Positions 53,296 to 61,854 of a stretch of DNA of 64,000 nt are shown here, one piece after another. Source of the DNA: Vicinamibacterales bacterium (GTDB taxonomy: Bacteria > Acidobacteriota > Vicinamibacteria > Vicinamibacterales > UBA8438). The notes beneath the pieces are model-generated. The model was not told the origin of the DNA, searched no databases, and was given only the letters and a program-made list of their open reading frames with translations. How positions within the stretch are numbered: position 1 is the first letter of the stretch; the number at the start of each line of letters is the position of its first letter. The position numbers were made by a program, and so were the translations under genes. The DNA is taken from assembly GCA_965221595.1 (NCBI GenBank), contig OZ244900.1, positions 2,159,736 to 2,223,735 on the forward strand, read 5' to 3'.

Positions 53296-53865
53296 ATGGA
53301 CATCACAGACCCCCGATCGGCGGCGGCGGAGGCCCGTCAGCGCATGGCCGGTGCCGTCGAGCACGTACGTCACGAGCTGGCCGGGGTGCGCACGGGACGC
53401 GCCTCGGTCGGCATCCTGGACTCGGTTCTGGTCGAAGCCTACGGGACACGCGTGCCGTTGAACCAGGTGGCGAGCCTGGCAGTTCCCGAGCCCACGCTCA
53501 TCGTGGCCACGCCGTTCGATCCGTACCAGATGGCCGCCATCGAGCGGGCGATCCGTAGCGCCAACCTGGGTCTGAACCCGAACAACGACGGACGCGTCGT
53601 CCGGATTCCCATCCCTCCACTGACGTCGGAACGCCGCAAGGAGCTCTCCAAACTCGTGCACAAGCTGGCCGAGGAGGGTCGGAACAACGTGCGCCAGGTG
53701 CGGCGCGACGTCAACGACGCGCTCAAGAAGCTGTTGAAGAATCACGAGCTCGGCGAGGACGACGAGCGGCGGGCGCTCGACGAAATCCAGAAGATTACCG
53801 ACACGCACGTCCACCAGATCGACGATCTGCAGAAGACCAAGGACGCGGAACTGCTCGAACACTAG
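53296..53865 (+). CDS. frr: ribosome recycling factor
   Basis: GVRTGRAS..ILD.V.VE.YG...PLNQ.A...VPE...I...PFD......IE.AI..ANLGLNP.NDG..VRIPIPPLT.ERR.EL.K.......E.....VR..RRD. Confidence 0.95.
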   Translation: MDITDPRSAAAEARQRMAGAVEHVRHELAGVRTGRASVGILDSVLVEAYGTRVPLNQVASLAVPEPTLIVATPFDPYQMAAIERAIRSANLGLNPNNDGRVVRIPIPPLTSERRKELSKLVHKLAEEGRNNVRQVRRDVNDALKKLLKNHELGEDDERRALDEIQKITDTHVHQIDDLQKTKDAELLEH

Positions 53866-53913
53866 CTCCGCCATCTGCGGCACGCGACGCGACGCGCGCC
53901 AGCGGCTGCCAGC

Positions 53914-55089
53914 ATGTCCTCGCCGACCTTTCTCGAGTGCGCCGCCGCCTGCGGTGCGCCGACCCGCGACCCCGATACCCCCCAGCACCTCTGCGCCTGC
54001 GGTGCGCCGCTCTTCGCCCGCTACGACCTCGCGTCGCTGGCCCACACGTGGTCGCGGGACACGCTGCCGGGTCGCGAACGGACGCTATGGCGCTACCGCG
54101 AGGTGCTGCCGATCGCCCCCGGCGGCACGCCGGTCAGCCTCGGCGAGGGTTACACGCCGCTCGTCCACGCGGTGCGGCTGGGACGCGCACTCGGTATGCG
54201 CTCGCTCTACGTGAAGGACGAGTCGCTGAACCCGACCAACTCCTTCAAGGCCCGCGGGCTGACCGCGGCCGTGACGCGCGCGCGCGACCTGGGCGCGCGC
54301 ACGCTCGCCGTCCCGTCGGCCGGCAACGCCGCCAACGCGCTGGCGGCCTACGCGGCGGCGGCCGGGCTGTCGGCGCGGGTCTTCATGCCGCGCGACGTCA
54401 AGCAGCCGTTCATCCGCGAGTGCGAGCTCTACGGGGCCGACGTCACGCTGGTCGACGGCCTGATCTCGGACGCCGGGCGGGTTGCCGCCGAGCACGGCGC
54501 CGAGGCCGGCTGGTACGACGTCTCGACGCTGAAGGAGCCCTACCGCGTCGAGGGCAAGAAGACGATGGCCTACGAGCTGGCGGAGCAGCTCGGCTGGCGC
54601 TGGCCGGCCTGGATCGTCTACCCCACGGGCGGCGGCACCGGCATCGTCGGCATGTGGAAGGCCTTCGAGGAGTTGGAGCAGCTCGGCTGGATGCCGGCGG
54701 GTGCGCGACCCCGCCTCGTTTCGGTGCAGGCGGCCGGGTGCGCGCCGATCGTGCGCGCGTTCGAGGCGGGCGCGGACCGTGCAGGCGTCTGGACCGACGC
54801 CCGCACGGTCGCCGACGGACTGCGGGTGCCGGGTGCGATCGGCGACTTCCTGATCCTGCGCGCGCTGCGCGAGAGCGGGGGCGCAGCCGTGGCGGTCGAG
54901 GACGACGACATGATCGCCGCCATGCGCGAGCTCGGCCGGCGCGAAGGCATCAGCGCCTCGCCCGAGGGCGGCGCCACGCTCTGCGCCCTGCGGACCCTCC
55001 TGGGTCGGGGCGTCGTCGATCCGGACGCCTCCGTCGTGCTGTTCAACACGGGCGGGGCACTCAAGTACCTGGAGCTGCTGCAGGACTGA
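53914..55089 (+). CDS. threonine synthase-family PLP enzyme with N-terminal Cys4-like ribbon
   Basis: LECAACGAPT...HLCACGAPL is followed by LYVKDESLNPTNSFKARG (PLP Lys), PSAGNAANALAAYAA, GGGTG and FNTG. The specific reaction is not assignable from sequence alone. Confidence 0.8.
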   Translation: MSSPTFLECAAACGAPTRDPDTPQHLCACGAPLFARYDLASLAHTWSRDTLPGRERTLWRYREVLPIAPGGTPVSLGEGYTPLVHAVRLGRALGMRSLYVKDESLNPTNSFKARGLTAAVTRARDLGARTLAVPSAGNAANALAAYAAAAGLSARVFMPRDVKQPFIRECELYGADVTLVDGLISDAGRVAAEHGAEAGWYDVSTLKEPYRVEGKKTMAYELAEQLGWRWPAWIVYPTGGGTGIVGMWKAFEELEQLGWMPAGARPRLVSVQAAGCAPIVRAFEAGADRAGVWTDARTVADGLRVPGAIGDFLILRALRESGGAAVAVEDDDMIAAMRELGRREGISASPEGGATLCALRTLLGRGVVDPDASVVLFNTGGALKYLELLQD

Positions 55090-55437
55090 GGCGGCCCGCG
55101 CGGGCGCGCCACCCGCCGCTGGCAGGCCGCCAATGCACCGATACCGCGGCCGTGTTCGAGGCCCAGAAACCATTCCGGGACGCGAGTTTCCGGGAGGGTG
55201 CCGGTGGCGGCGTGTACTTCATCCCTCCCCAATTCGTTCCCCCGGTATCGGTCGATGTGGCGCACGACTTCGCCGGTGGGGTGCGCGTCCATGCCAGCGT
55301 CGGCTTCGGGTTCTGATTGCCCGTGCCCCCGGCTCGGCCGGCTGCCTGCGCCGTCGACCGTGGCCGGTCCGGCGGGGCCGGGTTCCGGCTTGTATTCTCG
55401 GGGAGCGTCGTCCAGAATGGCCGCGGAGGAGGTCGAG

Positions 55438-56880
55438 ATGCCGAATTCCCGACGGAACGGGTCGGTCACGTCGCCGCTGCCGAGGCTGCTGGTGGGGGCC
55501 GCGGTGGCAACGGCCGGCGCGACCGTTTCGCCCATGGCGGCGGCCGGGCAGGCCGCTCCGAGCGAGCCGGTGACCTTCACGAAGGATGTGGCGCCCATCC
55601 TGCAGCGCAGTTGTCAGCAGTGCCACCGGCCGAACTCCCTCGCGCCGATGTCGCTGCTGAGCTACGAGGAGGCCCGCCCCTGGGCGCGCTCCATCAAGTA
55701 CCGCACCGGACTGCGCACGCAGCCCGGTGCCATGCCGCCCTGGTACGTCGAGAAGGACATCGGCATCCAGGACTACAAGAACGACCCCTCGCTGACCGAT
55801 GCGGAGATCGCGACGATTGCCGCCTGGGTGGACGGTGGTGCGCCGCGCGGCGACCCGGCGGACCTGCCGCCGCCGCTGACGTTCTCCGACGAGGACGCGT
55901 GGGAGCTCGGCGAGCCCGATCTGGTGCTGACGACCGACAGCGTGGAGATTGCCGCCGGGGCGCCCGACTGGTGGGGTCCGTTCGGCGAGATTCCGACGGG
56001 CCTGACCGAGGACCGCTACGTCGCGGCAGTCGAGATGCGGGAGATCAACGATCTCGCCGGCCGCCTCGGCGGTCGGACGGTCGGCGGCCGCTTCGTCTTC
56101 CACCACCTCTGCTGGGGCACCGTCGCCGCCGACGGCGAGACCCGCACCCGCTATCCGTGCCACGAGGTGGGCCGCAACGCGGACATCTTCGATCCCGCCG
56201 CGGGCCGGCCGCTGGGCATCGACTCGAAGGCCGAGATCTACTCCATCCACCTGCATGCGAGCAGCGAGGACGCCCGGGCCCACGTCGAGATCGGCTTCAA
56301 GCTGCATCCCCGGGGCTACGAGCCGACCCGGCCTCACAGCCGCATGGCCCTGTTCGGCAACAGCATGAACCTCGACATCCGGCCGCTGGAGGACAACCAG
56401 AAGTTCGAGGCCTTCACCGTGCTGGAAGACAACGTGCGGATTGTTTCGTTCGAGCCTCACATGCACGCCGCCGGGGTGCGGATGTGCATGGACGCCATCT
56501 GGGGCCGGACGACCCAGATCGAGACGCTGAGCTGCGTCGGCTACGACCACAGTTGGGTGCGGACGTACAACTTCGCCGACCACGCGGCGCCGCTCCTGCC
56601 GAAGGGCACCATCCTCCGCATGACCGGCTACTTCAACAATACGCCCACGAACCCGAACGTGACCGACCCCCGCAACTGGTCCGGCCTGGGGCACCGGTCG
56701 ATCGACAACATGATGAATCACCTGGGAGAGGTCGTCTACCTGACGGACGAGCAGTTCCAGCAGGAGATGGCCGAGCGGCGTGTGTCCCTCGGCTTGCAGA
56801 AGGGGCAGCGGGTGGTCGGGTGCCCCCTGTGCGGCGCGGACCCGGCGGCCTGGGGAGGCCAGGGCAGTGATGAGCAGTAG
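55438..56880 (+). CDS. exported haem-c domain fused to a copper type-II monooxygenase (PHM/DBH-like) domain, paralog 1
   Basis: Signal-like N-terminus. VTFTKDVAPILQRSCQQCHRP...MPPWY...WVDGGAPRG resembles the planctomycete-type monohaem domain. Then come FVFHHLCW, YSIHLHASS, FEPHMHAAGVRMC and RSIDNMMNH, the HH..H + HxH..M copper-ligand pattern. GGAGGAGG lies before ATG 55438. Confidence 0.8.
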   Translation: MPNSRRNGSVTSPLPRLLVGAAVATAGATVSPMAAAGQAAPSEPVTFTKDVAPILQRSCQQCHRPNSLAPMSLLSYEEARPWARSIKYRTGLRTQPGAMPPWYVEKDIGIQDYKNDPSLTDAEIATIAAWVDGGAPRGDPADLPPPLTFSDEDAWELGEPDLVLTTDSVEIAAGAPDWWGPFGEIPTGLTEDRYVAAVEMREINDLAGRLGGRTVGGRFVFHHLCWGTVAADGETRTRYPCHEVGRNADIFDPAAGRPLGIDSKAEIYSIHLHASSEDARAHVEIGFKLHPRGYEPTRPHSRMALFGNSMNLDIRPLEDNQKFEAFTVLEDNVRIVSFEPHMHAAGVRMCMDAIWGRTTQIETLSCVGYDHSWVRTYNFADHAAPLLPKGTILRMTGYFNNTPTNPNVTDPRNWSGLGHRSIDNMMNHLGEVVYLTDEQFQQEMAERRVSLGLQKGQRVVGCPLCGADPAAWGGQGSDEQ

Positions 56881-57757
56881 GTGGGCGCGCGCCGCGGTCT
56901 TCGTCGTGGTCGGGATGGCCACCGGTGCGGCGCAGGCCCAGGTGGCGTACCCGCGGGGCCAGAGCGTCGTCCCCGTCTACGAGGGGTGGGAGCGCAACGC
57001 CGACGGATCGTTCAACCTCGTCTTCGGCTACTTCAACCGCAACCACGAGGAAGCGCTGGACATCCCGATCGGCCCGGCCAACTACCTGGAGCCGGGTGCT
57101 CCCGACCAGGGCCAGCCGACCCGCTTCCATCCGCAGCGCAGCCGGTTCCTTTTCAAGGTCCGCGTGCCGGCGGACTTCGGTGACCGGGAAGTGGTATGGA
57201 CGCTCACCAGCCACGGCCGCACCGCGCGCGCCTACGGTACGCTCAAGTCGGACTACTTCATCGACGACATCGTCGTGATGAACAACAACGGCGCCGGCGG
57301 CCAGGCCGGCGGCGGCTACGACTTGTTCGACAACAGCGCACCCACGCTGCAGGTCGCGGGCGCGGCGACGCGGCACGTGCGGGTCGGCGAGCCGGTCGTC
57401 CTGACGGCGACTGCCGCGGATGACGGGATACCCGCGCCGCGCGCCGTGTTGGCCCCGGAGGGCATCGGCGCGCGCTGCTGCCCGGATTCCGCGACCGGGC
57501 TGCGCCTGTCCTGGTTCGTCTACCGCGGGGCCGGGGAGGTCACCTTCGATCCACCGCAGTTCGACGCCTGGGAGAACTACCGGGACTGGGCCGACTCGCC
57601 GTATGCGCTCGGCTGGGAAACCCCGCCGGTTCCGCCCGGGGGCGAGTGGGTCGTCAGCGCGAGCTTCGCCGCCCCGGGGACGTACGTGCTGCGCTGCCTG
57701 GCACACGACGGCGGCCTCATGACGTCCGAAGACGTGACCTTCGTCGTGAACGAATAG
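56870..57757 (+). CDS. exported protein of unknown function (C-terminal Ig/PKD-like region), operonic with the PHM-like and PAL-like genes
   Basis: The ATG at 56870 overlaps the upstream gene by 11 nt. Signal MSSRWARAAVFVVVGMATGAAQAQ. I recognise no motif. The C-terminal LTATAADDGIP...WFVYRGAGEVTFDP...APGTYVLRCLAHDGG resembles Ig-like ('PKD-ish') strands. Confidence 0.7.
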   Translation: MSSRWARAAVFVVVGMATGAAQAQVAYPRGQSVVPVYEGWERNADGSFNLVFGYFNRNHEEALDIPIGPANYLEPGAPDQGQPTRFHPQRSRFLFKVRVPADFGDREVVWTLTSHGRTARAYGTLKSDYFIDDIVVMNNNGAGGQAGGGYDLFDNSAPTLQVAGAATRHVRVGEPVVLTATAADDGIPAPRAVLAPEGIGARCCPDSATGLRLSWFVYRGAGEVTFDPPQFDAWENYRDWADSPYALGWETPPVPPGGEWVVSASFAAPGTYVLRCLAHDGGLMTSEDVTFVVNE

Positions 57758-57769
57758 CACGAGGCGACC

Positions 57770-58921
57770 ATGATCCAGCGACGACTCGGCTACGGACTGC
57801 TGTTGTGCGCGGTCGGCGCGGCCCTCGGCGTCGGCGCGTCGGGACTGTCGGGCCTTGCCGGTGCGGCTGCTTCACAGGCGGGCGACGAGGGGGCGCCGAG
57901 CTTTGCGTTCGACCCGTCGTGGCCGCAGCCGCTGCCCGACAACTGGACGCTCGGCAACGTGGTGGGCGTGGCGGTCGATTCCCGTGACCACATCTGGATC
58001 GTGCACCGGCCGGGGAGCCTCACGCCGCAGGAACGCGGCGCCGACGCCAACCCGCCGCTCGCCGAGTGCTGCCGACCGGCGCCGCCGGTCATAGAGTTCA
58101 ATCAGGCGGGCGACGTCGTGCAGGCCTGGGGCGGCCCGGGCGCGGGCTACGAATGGCCGCAGTCGGAGCACGGCATCTTCATCGACCACCTGGACAACGT
58201 GTGGCTCGGCGGCAGCGGGCAGGACGACTCGCAGGTGCTCAAGTTCACCCGCAACGGCAGGTTCCTGCTGCAGATCGGTTCTCAGGGCCAGGGCCGGGGC
58301 AGCAACGACACGGCGAACTTCGGCCAGCCCGCCGAGATCCACGTCGACCCGGCCGCGAACGAGGTCTACATCGCCGACGGCTACGGCAACCGGCGCGTGG
58401 CGGTGTTCGATGCGGGCAGCGGGGAGTACAAGCGGCACTGGGGCGCGTACGGCAACGTGCCGACCGATGCCCCCTACACCTACGACCCGGACGCGCCGCC
58501 ATCACAGCAGTTCGGCCGGCCGGTGCACTGCGCCACGCTGGCTGCGGACGGCCGCCTCTACGTGTGTGACCGTGTGAACAACCGCATCCAGGTGTTCGAG
58601 ACGGACGGCACGTTCGTCGACGAGGTCGTGATCGCGCCGCGGACGCTCGCCTTCGGGGCCGCGTTCGACGTCGACTTCTCGCCCGACGCCGAGCAGCGGT
58701 TCCTCTACAACATCGACGGGATGAATCAGAAGATCTGGGTCATCGAGCGCGCCGACCTCTCGATCGTCGACTCGTTCGGCTTCGGCGGGCACCAGGCCGG
58801 CGGGTTCACGGCCGCCCACAGCCTGGCAGCCGACTCGCGCGGCAACCTCTACGTCGGCGAAACGCTCGAAGGCAAGCGCGTGCAGCGCTTCCTCCGCCGC
58901 CCGCCGGCTAGCGCCCGGTGA
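57770..58921 (+). CDS. exported NHL-repeat beta-propeller, peptidyl-alpha-hydroxyglycine alpha-amidating lyase (PAL)-like
   Basis: Signal MIQRRLGYGLLLCAVGAALGVGA. Blades carry GVAVDSRDHIWIVHRPG, EIHVDPAANEVYIADGYGNRRVAVFD, FGRPVHCATLAADGRLYVCDRVNNRIQVFE and FTAAHSLAADSRGNLYVGE, paralleling the PAL active-site strands. GAGG lies 5 nt before the ATG. Confidence 0.8.
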   Translation: MIQRRLGYGLLLCAVGAALGVGASGLSGLAGAAASQAGDEGAPSFAFDPSWPQPLPDNWTLGNVVGVAVDSRDHIWIVHRPGSLTPQERGADANPPLAECCRPAPPVIEFNQAGDVVQAWGGPGAGYEWPQSEHGIFIDHLDNVWLGGSGQDDSQVLKFTRNGRFLLQIGSQGQGRGSNDTANFGQPAEIHVDPAANEVYIADGYGNRRVAVFDAGSGEYKRHWGAYGNVPTDAPYTYDPDAPPSQQFGRPVHCATLAADGRLYVCDRVNNRIQVFETDGTFVDEVVIAPRTLAFGAAFDVDFSPDAEQRFLYNIDGMNQKIWVIERADLSIVDSFGFGGHQAGGFTAAHSLAADSRGNLYVGETLEGKRVQRFLRRPPASAR

Positions 58922-60077
58922 GCGGATCGACGCCGCCGGTGCCGGCGCCGCTCGTCGCGGTGTCGCGCGTGGCCGGATCCGGGCCGCGCCCTGCGGCAAA
59001 CTCCCGCTCCTCGACGCGCGAGCCCACCAACTGTGCGGGCAGACCGTAGTTCCCCTCGTGGCAGCGAGGCTCGTAGTAGATGCGGTTGGCCTGACCGTCC
59101 TGGATGATGAGCTCCTGCCGCACGGTCCAGGGGCCCGTCCAGGTCGTCGGATCCTCGACCGTCACGATGTACTCCAACGTCCCCACGTCGAGCCGTGTCC
59201 AGCGCTCGACGAGACGCAGATTCTCGCGAGAGCCCCGGTAGTCCGTCTTGGGACTGAAGTTGCCGACCTCGACCACCAGCGTCCGGCCCTCCCAGCGCCC
59301 GCGCGAATCGCCCCACCACTGCCGTACGCTCGATGAGACATGCGGGCGGGTGGTGATCGGAATGGTGCGCTGCCAGCCCTGGCCCTGCCCGACGTCGTAG
59401 AAGACGGACACCGCGTCGGGCGACTGCACGATGCGCCGGTAGCCGCTGAAGTCGGGCAGCAGGGCCCCCATGCAGCGCTCCGAGAGGCTGCGGTCCTCGG
59501 GACCGTCGTTGCGGTTCAGCCGGTCGGTGTTGTAGTAGGGCGGCTGTTCCTCGCGCAGCGGCGATGGCGGCCCGTACTCCCAGCCCGCGCAGGCCGGCTC
59601 CTGGTCGCGGCACGTCGCGGTAGCCTGGAGCAACGCGAGCCGGAACTCGCGCTGCGCGGTGATGCGCTCCCGGGCCGCGGGCGTCAGCGGGGGAATGCGG
59701 CCGTCCGGCGGATCCACGACGAGCGACGTGCGCGGACCCGTCGGGCGTATCGACTGGAAGACGGCATTGTAGGCGCCGGCCACGTCGCGTTCGGTCCCCA
59801 CCCCCTCGCGTGCGTCCCGGCGCGGCAACGCCACGCGCTGCTCGTCGAGATCCGCCCGCTCCTCGGCCGTGAACTCCTCCCGGTCCCCGAACCGGGCCGG
59901 GCGTTCCAGGGGGGTGGCGAACGGGTCCGTCCAGATGCCCTGCAGATCGGGGTCGCCCCAGGCGGTGACGAGTCCCTGCGCCTCGACGGCATGGCGCGGC
60001 GGAGCCAGCTCCAGCAGGCCGACCACGGCTGCCAACACGACCGCCGCCCCGACGATCTCGAAGGTTCGGGTCCTCAT
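58908..60077 (-). CDS. exported conserved protein of unknown function, downstream of PHM-like paralog 2
   Basis: Signal MRTRTFEIVGAAVVLAAVVGLL. WGDPDLQGIWTDPFATPLERP..., W.GRTLVVEVGNF, VERWTRLD.GTLEYIVTVEDPTTWTGPW and YEPRCHEGNYG recall a widespread uncharacterised secreted family. The start could be ATG 60077 or 60092. The 3' end overlaps the PAL-like gene by 14 nt. Confidence 0.7.
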   Translation of the reverse strand: MRTRTFEIVGAAVVLAAVVGLLELAPPRHAVEAQGLVTAWGDPDLQGIWTDPFATPLERPARFGDREEFTAEERADLDEQRVALPRRDAREGVGTERDVAGAYNAVFQSIRPTGPRTSLVVDPPDGRIPPLTPAARERITAQREFRLALLQATATCRDQEPACAGWEYGPPSPLREEQPPYYNTDRLNRNDGPEDRSLSERCMGALLPDFSGYRRIVQSPDAVSVFYDVGQGQGWQRTIPITTRPHVSSSVRQWWGDSRGRWEGRTLVVEVGNFSPKTDYRGSRENLRLVERWTRLDVGTLEYIVTVEDPTTWTGPWTVRQELIIQDGQANRIYYEPRCHEGNYGLPAQLVGSRVEEREFAAGRGPDPATRDTATSGAGTGGVDPLTGR

Positions 60078-60129
60078 GGTCGCCCCCCCCATTGCCCCCG
60101 GCAGGGTTCACGCCGGCGCGGCGTCCCGG

Positions 60130-61545
60130 CTATTGCTGATCCTGCGACGTCGCGAACACGGGCGTCCCGCCGCGCGCGGCGAGCTCCGCCTCGAACTGCT
60201 CCTGGGTCATCGGCACCATGCGGGAGATGCCCGACATCATGTCGTCGATCGAGCGGTTGCCCCAGCCCTTCCAGTTGCGCGGGTCGACCACGTTCTTGTT
60301 CGTGGCCGAGTTGTTGTACCAGGCCATCACGTGGATGACCGTCCCGGCCGGCAGCAGCGGCGCGACATCATCCTCGTAGACGTACACCTTCGCCCAGTTG
60401 TGGTCGTAGTCGGCGCAGCTCAGCATTTCCCGCGCGTTGTTCGGATAGAGGGCCTCGAAGCACATGCGCTTGCCGCTCGAGTGCAGGTGCGGCTCGAACG
60501 TCAGCAGCTTGGTCGGCTCGGTCAGCCGGTGGAAGCCGTCGCGCATGACGTTGTCGTCGTTCGAGGGAATGTCGAACTCGTAGTCGTACTGCGTCGCCCG
60601 GCGCAGGCTGGTCGCACCCAGCTTGTATTTCGGATCGTACCCCTCGGGGTGCAGCGTGAATCCGACGTCGAGGCGGGCCCGCACCTCGCGGCCGATCGAG
60701 TGCAGATGCATCGAGTTGAACGTGATGACCGAACCGGCCGGCAGCAGGACGCCCACCTCGTCGGGATAGACGGTCGGGTTCTGGCCCAGCTCGTGCACCA
60801 GGGTGAACTCCTCGTCCCGCTCCCCGCAGAACGTCTGGGCGCCGCACGCGGCCGGGCCGCTCGGGTCCTCGGGCGACTCGGCGGTCAACACCGCGTGATG
60901 CACGACGAACAGGCCCAGCGCGGCGCGGCCGGTGTCGTCCACCTCGCCCTCTTCCTCCCAGAGCCTGACCTCCTTGACCTCGATGGCCTTCACGTAGCGG
61001 TCCTCCGTCAGGCCTGTCGGGCTGTGCCCCCACTCGCCGAACCAGTCGGCCGCCTCGGCTTCGATGGTGCCCTCGGGGGACGGGACGACGAGATCGGGGG
61101 TGCCGTAGGTCCAGCCGTCGCCCGGCCACTCGATGGGCGGCGGCAGATCGGCCGGATTGCCTCGCGGCGCGCCGTTGTCCACCCAGGCGCCAATCAGCTC
61201 GATCTCGTCATCGCTGAGTGAGGGATCGTCCTTGTAGCGCTGGATGCCGATGTTCTTGTCGATGAACCAAGGCGGCATCTCGCGGGACTGCGTCCGGTTC
61301 CTGATGGAGCGCGCCCAGGGCCGAACCTCCGCGTAGGTGGTCAGGGCCATCGGCGCGCCGCCCTGTGGGCGATGGCAGTTCTCGCATGACCGCTGCAGAA
61401 TCGGAGCAATGTGCTTGCTGAACGTCACCTCGGCCTGCGCCTCGGCGCCGGCGGCAGGTACGGGCACGAAAACCAGGCCGACGAGCACGAATCCGGCCAG
61501 GCAGCCGGCAACGGACAGACGCACATCCCAGGCGGTCTTCCTCAT
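60130..61545 (-). CDS. exported haem-c domain fused to a copper type-II monooxygenase (PHM/DBH-like) domain, paralog 2
   Basis: VTFSKHIAPILQRSCENCHRP...MPPWF...WVDNGAPRG, then FVVHHAVL, NSMHLHSIG, FEPHLHSSGKRMC and RSIDDMMSG. It is collinear with the 55438-56880 product over its full length. Confidence 0.8.
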   Translation of the reverse strand: MRKTAWDVRLSVAGCLAGFVLVGLVFVPVPAAGAEAQAEVTFSKHIAPILQRSCENCHRPQGGAPMALTTYAEVRPWARSIRNRTQSREMPPWFIDKNIGIQRYKDDPSLSDDEIELIGAWVDNGAPRGNPADLPPPIEWPGDGWTYGTPDLVVPSPEGTIEAEAADWFGEWGHSPTGLTEDRYVKAIEVKEVRLWEEEGEVDDTGRAALGLFVVHHAVLTAESPEDPSGPAACGAQTFCGERDEEFTLVHELGQNPTVYPDEVGVLLPAGSVITFNSMHLHSIGREVRARLDVGFTLHPEGYDPKYKLGATSLRRATQYDYEFDIPSNDDNVMRDGFHRLTEPTKLLTFEPHLHSSGKRMCFEALYPNNAREMLSCADYDHNWAKVYVYEDDVAPLLPAGTVIHVMAWYNNSATNKNVVDPRNWKGWGNRSIDDMMSGISRMVPMTQEQFEAELAARGGTPVFATSQDQQ

Positions 61546-61727
61546 CGCGATACACCTTTCGGTTGGCGTTCCAGACGGACTTCCTTCCCAGCCAGAGTAG
61601 CACTAAGCGCGATTGTTGCAAACCCCTCGGATGCGGCGGTCCGCCGGGGCCTCGCGCGCAAAACATCATTCATCGCCGCTGGCCGCACGCGAGCACGATC
61701 CTGTAAAGTGGAGAGTTTCCGCCCGAT

Positions 61728-61803
<76 letters not shown>

Positions 61804-61854
61804 CATCGCCACCACCGTGAACCCACCGTTCGCACAGGGTCGCGCCGGCGGCGC

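Noticed and set aside
55152-55316. 54-codon frame (VFEAQKPFRDASFREGAGGGVYFIPPQFVPPVSVDVAHDFAGGVRVHASVGFGF) upstream of PHM-like paralog 1, considered as a precursor peptide
   Set aside because: It is the tail of an off-frame read-through ORF from the thrC-like gene. It has no RBS and only a GTG start. Its third-position GC is only moderately elevated (about 42 of 54 codons), and it does not end in Gly.
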